64,000 bases of DNA from Methylocystis sp. (GTDB lineage: Bacteria > Pseudomonadota > Alphaproteobacteria > Rhizobiales > Beijerinckiaceae): the NCBI GenBank assembly GCA_036560365.1, contig DATBRI010000085.1:5300-69299 (forward strand), in the 5' to 3' direction. Under the pieces are notes generated by a model, which did not search any database, was not told the origin of the DNA, and saw nothing but the letters and a program-made list of their open reading frames with translations. Made by a program: the position numbers and the translations under genes. Numbering within the stretch: the stretch's first letter is position 1; the number at the start of each line of letters is the position of its first letter. Positions 59,515 through 64,000 of the stretch are shown piece by piece.

Positions 59515-61638
59515 CTATTGTTCGCGCGCGCGGCTGTGCTCGAGCGCGACTGAATCGCGCGAGAATTTCTCTGTGACGAGGCTGTGCCCGCGTCCGCTCA
59601 GCAGCGCCCGCAGCAGGACGGCGATCGTCGTCCCATTGTGCAGCGTGGCGGCGGCGAGAGGAGAAAGACGTCCGAACGCCGCCGCGGCCAGAATCGCCGA
59701 ATTGACGCCAACGGCGATCTGGAAGTTCGAATGGATCAGACCCATAGCCTTTTGGGCGATCGCGAGCATCGTGGCGATTGAATCCAGTCTGTCTTCCAGC
59801 AGAACAATGTCGGCGGTGGCGCGGGCGATGTCGGCGGCCCGCGGCATAGAGAGGCCAACATCGGCCGCCATCAATGCGGGACCATCGTTCACGCCATCGC
59901 CGATATAAGCGACGCGGCGCCCCTCCCGCTTGAGCGCCGCTATGATGTTGGCCTTATCTTCCGGCTGCTGTTCGTAATGCACCGCATCGATGCCAAGCAT
60001 TTCCGCAAAGGCCAGCGCGGGAGCTCGATGATCGCCGGTGATCATCACCAGCCGCTTGACGCCCAGGGCGCGCAACCGCGCGAGCGTGCTGGCGCTCTCC
60101 GGGCGCAGTCGGTCGCGCAAGGCGAAGACCGCAAGAGGGCGCTCATCGGCCGCGACGTAGAGGAGCGACTTGCCTTCCTCTTGAAACGCTCTCACCGTCT
60201 TGCGGGCGTCGGCGAATGAAATATGCTCGTCGTCTTCGAGGAAATGTCTGCTGCCGAACCGAATGCGACGTCCATCGACATTCGCTTCCACGCCGTGACC
60301 GATAATGAAATTGACGTCCTCGTGCGGGATGTGCGCAAGCCGGCGCTGCTGCGCGAGCCCGACAACGGCGCGCGCGATGGGATGATTCGTGTGCTCGCCG
60401 AGCGACGCCACCATGGCCGCCGCCCGCTCTTCGTCGACGCCAGGGTCGAGCGGACAAATGTCCGTGACCTCCAGCGTATTGTGGGTAAGCGTGCCGGTCT
60501 TGTCGAAGACGATCGTATCGACGCCGGCGAGCGTTTCGAGGGCCGTTCCGCTCTTGACCAGACAGCCCGCTTGCGCGGCCCGATACATCGCGGATTTTAT
60601 GGCGATCGGCGTGCCGAGCTTCACGGCGCAGGAATAGTCGACCATGAAGACGGACTCAATCCGCCGCCAGTCGCGGGTAAGCGCAAACACGGCCGCAGCC
60701 GTGGCCAGCGTGATGCCCACGCGCCGGTCCGCAAAGACGCTGGACGCGGTCTGGATGTCGGCCGGACGGTTGAGCGCGTCCTGAATGTAATGAGAAATGC
60801 GTCCCGTCGTCGTGGCCTCGCCCACGCGCTCAGCCCGGATCACGAGCCTTCCGTCAGTGAGAGTGCTGCCGGCGAGCGCCTGATCCCCGACCGTGCGCGG
60901 CAAGGGAAGGCTTTCGCCGGTCACCGTCGACTGATCGACGTAGGCGTCCCCGGCCACGACCTCGCCGTCGACCGGAATGGTCTCGCCGGCGCCGATGACG
61001 ACGCGCTCGCCGCCTTTAAGCTGGCCGAACGGCACGCGGGCGAGTTCGCCGTCGCCGCGTTCCACCCAGACGTCGCCAGGCGTCTGTCGCAAGAGCGAAC
61101 GCAGCAGCTCGTCCGACTGCTGAACCGTGGTCGCCTCGATATACTCGGCCAATCCGAGCAGGAAGCGGGTCACATTAGCGGTCGCATATTCGCCGCGCGC
61201 CGCCGGCACGCCGATGGCGAGCGCATCAAGAACGTCGGTCTTCAGCGTGCCGCGCAAAACGGCGACGACGCCGCGGGCGAGATTGTCGGCGACGTTCAGC
61301 CAAGTGATCGCGGCGGCGAGAGGCGCTGGCAGAAGCAGCGCGGCGGCGATCGCGCCGGCCGCGAGCATCAAACGCCCCCTTTCGATGGTCGGGGGAGGTC
61401 GCCACGTGTCCGCCGCCATAGTTGGAGTTCGATGGGCGGTGGCGAGAATGGAGGCGCGGACCTCCGGCCGTCCGTCATAGACCAGCGTCAACGACGCGCA
61501 GGCGCGATTGGCGCGCACATCAGCGACGCCGGGAAGCTGTCGAAGCGTAACTTCCGTCTGCGCGAAATCATCCGCATCCGACAAAAGCCGCAACCTCAGA
61601 CGCTTGTCCAGCTCGTGGACAATTTCTACGCACGCCAT
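59515..61638 (-). CDS. P1B-type heavy-metal-translocating ATPase with SCA transmembrane motif
   Basis: 707-aa ORF with 'TVTGESLP', 'VFDKTGTLT', 'HTNHPIARAV', 'MITGDH' and 'GDGVNDGPAL'. The TM metal site reads 'DYSCAVKLGTP' where CPC is usual. The N-terminal HMA-like fold has no CxxC. Confidence 0.9.
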   Translation of the reverse strand: MACVEIVHELDKRLRLRLLSDADDFAQTEVTLRQLPGVADVRANRACASLTLVYDGRPEVRASILATAHRTPTMAADTWRPPPTIERGRLMLAAGAIAAALLLPAPLAAAITWLNVADNLARGVVAVLRGTLKTDVLDALAIGVPAARGEYATANVTRFLLGLAEYIEATTVQQSDELLRSLLRQTPGDVWVERGDGELARVPFGQLKGGERVVIGAGETIPVDGEVVAGDAYVDQSTVTGESLPLPRTVGDQALAGSTLTDGRLVIRAERVGEATTTGRISHYIQDALNRPADIQTASSVFADRRVGITLATAAAVFALTRDWRRIESVFMVDYSCAVKLGTPIAIKSAMYRAAQAGCLVKSGTALETLAGVDTIVFDKTGTLTHNTLEVTDICPLDPGVDEERAAAMVASLGEHTNHPIARAVVGLAQQRRLAHIPHEDVNFIIGHGVEANVDGRRIRFGSRHFLEDDEHISFADARKTVRAFQEEGKSLLYVAADERPLAVFALRDRLRPESASTLARLRALGVKRLVMITGDHRAPALAFAEMLGIDAVHYEQQPEDKANIIAALKREGRRVAYIGDGVNDGPALMAADVGLSMPRAADIARATADIVLLEDRLDSIATMLAIAQKAMGLIHSNFQIAVGVNSAILAAAAFGRLSPLAAATLHNGTTIAVLLRALLSGRGHSLVTEKFSRDSVALEHSRAREQ

Positions 61639-62005
61639 AGTCAGCGAGGAGGCTCCTTTCCTCGAGAGGGCTCGCGGAGCTGCGGCTGAGGCGGCGATTT
61701 CCGACTCCCGCCTTCACGCAACCGCTAACTTTCGCTCCTAACTTAGTTTGACGGCCCGGTCCATAAATGGGTTTGCAGTCTTAGCGGGGTCGCCGCCGAC
61801 AGGCATGAAGCGCTGCCATATTTCCGACGACTGCTCATCACGCCACTCGCGGCGAACGCCAAGACCAGGAACCAACGCGTCGCCATCGACTCCAAGCCGC
61901 CAAAAACCGGCTGCGCGGCGCAACCATGTTCTTTGCCTTTCGCTTTGGGGGCGATTAGCTAATGACCGTGGCGGCGCCCGCCAGGCAACGACAGGAGCCC
62001 GAATT

Positions 62006-62347
62006 ATGTTTGTCGCAATGAACCGCTTCAAAATCGTCAAGGGAAAGGAACAGGCCTTCGAGGACGTCTGGCGGTCGCGTCAGTCACGGCTTCAGGAAAG
62101 GCCCGGCTTCATCGTCTTCCATCTGCTCAAGGGGCCCGAGCGGGAGGACCACACACTCTATGCGTCGCATGCGCTGTGGGAGACGCGGCAGCACTTCATC
62201 GATTGGACGCATTCCGAACATTTCCGCGAGGCTCACAAAAACGCTGGTCAGAATCGCGACCTCTATATGGGCGGTCCAGAGTTCGAAGGCTTCGACGCGG
62301 TTCTCACCGAAACCAATCCAAATTATGCGCCGACGGCCGCAGAATAG
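62006..62347 (+). CDS. antibiotic biosynthesis monooxygenase (ABM) domain protein
   Basis: The in-frame ATG is preceded by AGGAG. The protein is 113 aa, beginning 'MFVAMNRFKIVKGKEQAFEDVW...GFIVFHLLKG', with 'WETRQHFIDWTHSEHFREAH', a ferredoxin-like ABM fold pattern. Confidence 0.75.
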   Translation: MFVAMNRFKIVKGKEQAFEDVWRSRQSRLQERPGFIVFHLLKGPEREDHTLYASHALWETRQHFIDWTHSEHFREAHKNAGQNRDLYMGGPEFEGFDAVLTETNPNYAPTAAE

Positions 62348-62462
62348 GATCGGTATGCCGCGAGAAACACGGGGCGTCAGCCCCCCGAGGAGTGAGGCGG
62401 TCGGATAGGCGATCGTATCCTAGCCGCGTTGACAGGTCGGACACGCCTCGATGCGGACCAGT

Positions 62463-64000
62463 TCAGCGGGAGCTGATCGCCGGAGCGTCTGTCTCCGTCC
62501 CTTTCGGAGGTTGGCAGGCGCCGATATCCGCGAGCGGCAACCGGATGATGAACTCGCTGCCCTGGCCCGCGCCCTCGCTGCGCGCTTCCACCCGGCCGCC
62601 GTGGATTTCCACGAGGCTGCGCACAAGCGCGAGGCCGATGCCGAGCCCTCCTTCGGAAAGCCGATTTTGGCCGTCCGTTTGCGCAAAGAGATCGAAGACG
62701 CGCGGCATCATGGCCGCGCTGATACCCACGCCATTGTCGCGAACCCGAAGAACGACTTCGTCGTCCTCGCGCGCGGCGTCGATTTCAATGCGCCCGCCAG
62801 GCGGCGTGTATTTCGCCGCGTTGTTGATGATATTGGCCGCAATCTGCGCGAGACGGACGGAGTCCCCGAAAACCCGCAGCGGCTCATCCGCGACCTTCAC
62901 GGTTACGTGGTGGCTCTTGTTTTCCATGAGCGGCTGACACGACTCCAAAGCGTGCCGCAAGAAATCCGACACGGCGACGTTTTCCTGGCGCAAGTCCACC
63001 TTGCCACTGCTGATCCGGGAGATTTCCAGAAGGTCATCGACAAGGCGCACAAGATGGTCGACCTGTCGCTGAACCATCGCGAGCAGCGGAGTGTCAGGGA
63101 ATTGGGGACCATATTTCTTCTTCAAGATATGCACGGCGTTCCGGATCGGGGTGAGCGGGTTGCGTAATTCATGCGCCAGAGTGGCGAGGAACTCGTCCTT
63201 GCGGCGGTCGGCCTCTTGCAACGCGCTTTCGGCCTCATGGCGCGCCGTGACGTCGGCATGCGTGCCGATCGCCCTTAGCGGCCGGCCATCGGAGTCCCGC
63301 TCCACCACTCGTCCGCGGTCTAAAATCCAGCGCCAGGAACCGTCTTTGTGGAGCAAACGGTGCTCGCATTCGTAGAATTCGGTCCGCCCCTCCAGATGCG
63401 CAGACACTTTCGCCGCTACTTCTTCCCTCTCGTCGGGATGAATCAGCGCTTCCCAGGCCCGGACATGGGGTTCGATCTCGTTGAGTTCGTAGCCCAGCAT
63501 TGAAGCCCAGTGGCCGCCGAACTGGACCCTGCCGCTGGGCACGTCCCAGTCCCACACCCCGAGTTGGCCGGCCTCCAACGCCAGTGCGAGCTGTTGCTGG
63601 CTTTCCCGGAGCGCCAGTTCGGCATGCTTGCGCTCGGTGACGTCCCAGGTGATTCCCGCGACGCGCACCGGCCGGTCCGCGCTGTCGCAGATCACGCGGC
63701 CTTCCCTGTGCAGCCAGCGCACCTCGCCATGGCGAACAATACGAAACTCGATGCTCTGCACATCGCGTGTCTCGACCGCGCGCTCATATTCAGATTTCAC
63801 ACGCGACCGGTCATCTGGATGAATGCTGGCGAGCCAGCTCTCAATCGAGGGCTCAAGACTGCGCGCGAGGCCAAACAGCTCGTAAAACGGCTCCGACCAT
63901 GTGACGCGATTGGCGATCAGATCAAAATCCCAGATGCCGGCGAGCGCGCAGCGCTGTGCGTCAAGCAGTCTCTCCTCGCTTGCCCGAAGTTTTTCTTCAG
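62463..64000 (-). CDS. multi-PAS sensor histidine kinase (5' end outside the window)
   Basis: The frame stays open to the window edge, so the listed start at 63800 is an internal GTG. It has at least three PAS-like repeats ('WDFDLIANRVTWS', 'EFRIVRHGEVRWLH', 'WDWDVPSGRVQFG...HRLLHKDGSWRW'). H-box 'LATLAHELRNPLTPI', N-box 'NIINNAAKYT', G2 'GGLGIGLALV'. Confidence 0.85.
   Translation of the reverse strand, partial: EEKLRASEERLLDAQRCALAGIWDFDLIANRVTWSEPFYELFGLARSLEPSIESWLASIHPDDRSRVKSEYERAVETRDVQSIEFRIVRHGEVRWLHREGRVICDSADRPVRVAGITWDVTERKHAELALRESQQQLALALEAGQLGVWDWDVPSGRVQFGGHWASMLGYELNEIEPHVRAWEALIHPDEREEVAAKVSAHLEGRTEFYECEHRLLHKDGSWRWILDRGRVVERDSDGRPLRAIGTHADVTARHEAESALQEADRRKDEFLATLAHELRNPLTPIRNAVHILKKKYGPQFPDTPLLAMVQRQVDHLVRLVDDLLEISRISSGKVDLRQENVAVSDFLRHALESCQPLMENKSHHVTVKVADEPLRVFGDSVRLAQIAANIINNAAKYTPPGGRIEIDAAREDDEVVLRVRDNGVGISAAMMPRVFDLFAQTDGQNRLSEGGLGIGLALVRSLVEIHGGRVEARSEGAGQGSEFIIRLPLADIGACQPPKGTETDAPAISSR

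Noticed and set aside
60223-61689. 488-aa ORF on the plus strand
   Set aside because: It is antisense to the P-type ATPase, which has all catalytic motifs. The plus-strand product is low-complexity and Arg/Gly/Asp-rich.
1-64000. Scan for CRISPR arrays, tRNA/rRNA genes, IS elements, integrases and prophage or defence-island hallmarks
   Set aside because: I noticed no regularly spaced direct repeats, no tRNA-like cloverleaf candidates, and no DDE or tyrosine-recombinase motifs in any listed ORF. The only foreign-looking DNA is the about 0.5-kb low-GC insert at 55.2-55.7 kb.

Overview
This is a 64-kb chromosomal segment from a high-GC alphaproteobacterium (roughly 62-64% GC by eye). It is most likely a member of the Hyphomicrobiales, given a Ros/MucR regulator, HWE/HisKA_2 kinases and an IalB-like protein. 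I can support about 60 protein-coding genes, many of them translationally coupled through ATGA overlaps. I saw no rRNA, tRNA, CRISPR array, transposase or integrase. Most long ORFs lying antisense to these genes are high-GC shadow ORFs and were rejected. Gene content from left to right: a methyltransferase and an AI-2E transporter; an orphan Pls/PosA-type membrane NRPS; a GH1 / lactonase / FMN-dehydrogenase / SDR cluster; and a TPP-enzyme / repeat-membrane-protein / GMC-dehydrogenase operon. Next come an ECF sigma/anti-sigma operon carrying a TAT-exported phosphoesterase and a cupredoxin; thioredoxin and CcdA; and small detoxification-type genes (GNAT, DoxX, VOC, HAD). Then a two-component system sits divergent from a five-gene DUF2946 / TonB-receptor / PepSY / small-ORF / TonB-receptor operon. 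After that is an RsbR-RsbS-RsbT stressosome module wired to histidine-kinase and receiver proteins, with a visibly broken junction gene. Then follow a TAT-exported histidine-rich beta-propeller (NosZ-N-domain / thiocyanate-dehydrogenase-like) with a MacB/FtsX-type ABC system; an amino-sugar/muropeptide recycling set (nagA, SIS, murQ, nagZ); and an MmyB-like regulator with methyltransferase and GFA genes. The window ends with a low-GC orphan gene flanked by a duplicated gene 3' end, a ParB-like protein, MucR, a prokaryotic iGluR-like channel, a P1B ATPase with an SCA motif, and a multi-PAS kinase that runs off the window. The best candidates for something new are: (1) the propeller + ABC operon at 43.1-47.6 kb; (2) the stressosome-to-phosphorelay cluster and its fusion scar at about 40.2 kb; (3) the orphan Pls-like synthetase; (4) the iGluR-like channel / SCA-ATPase pair; (5) the internally duplicated His-motif membrane protein inside the GMC/TPP operon. 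All functional calls rest on motif recognition by eye. No database search was run.
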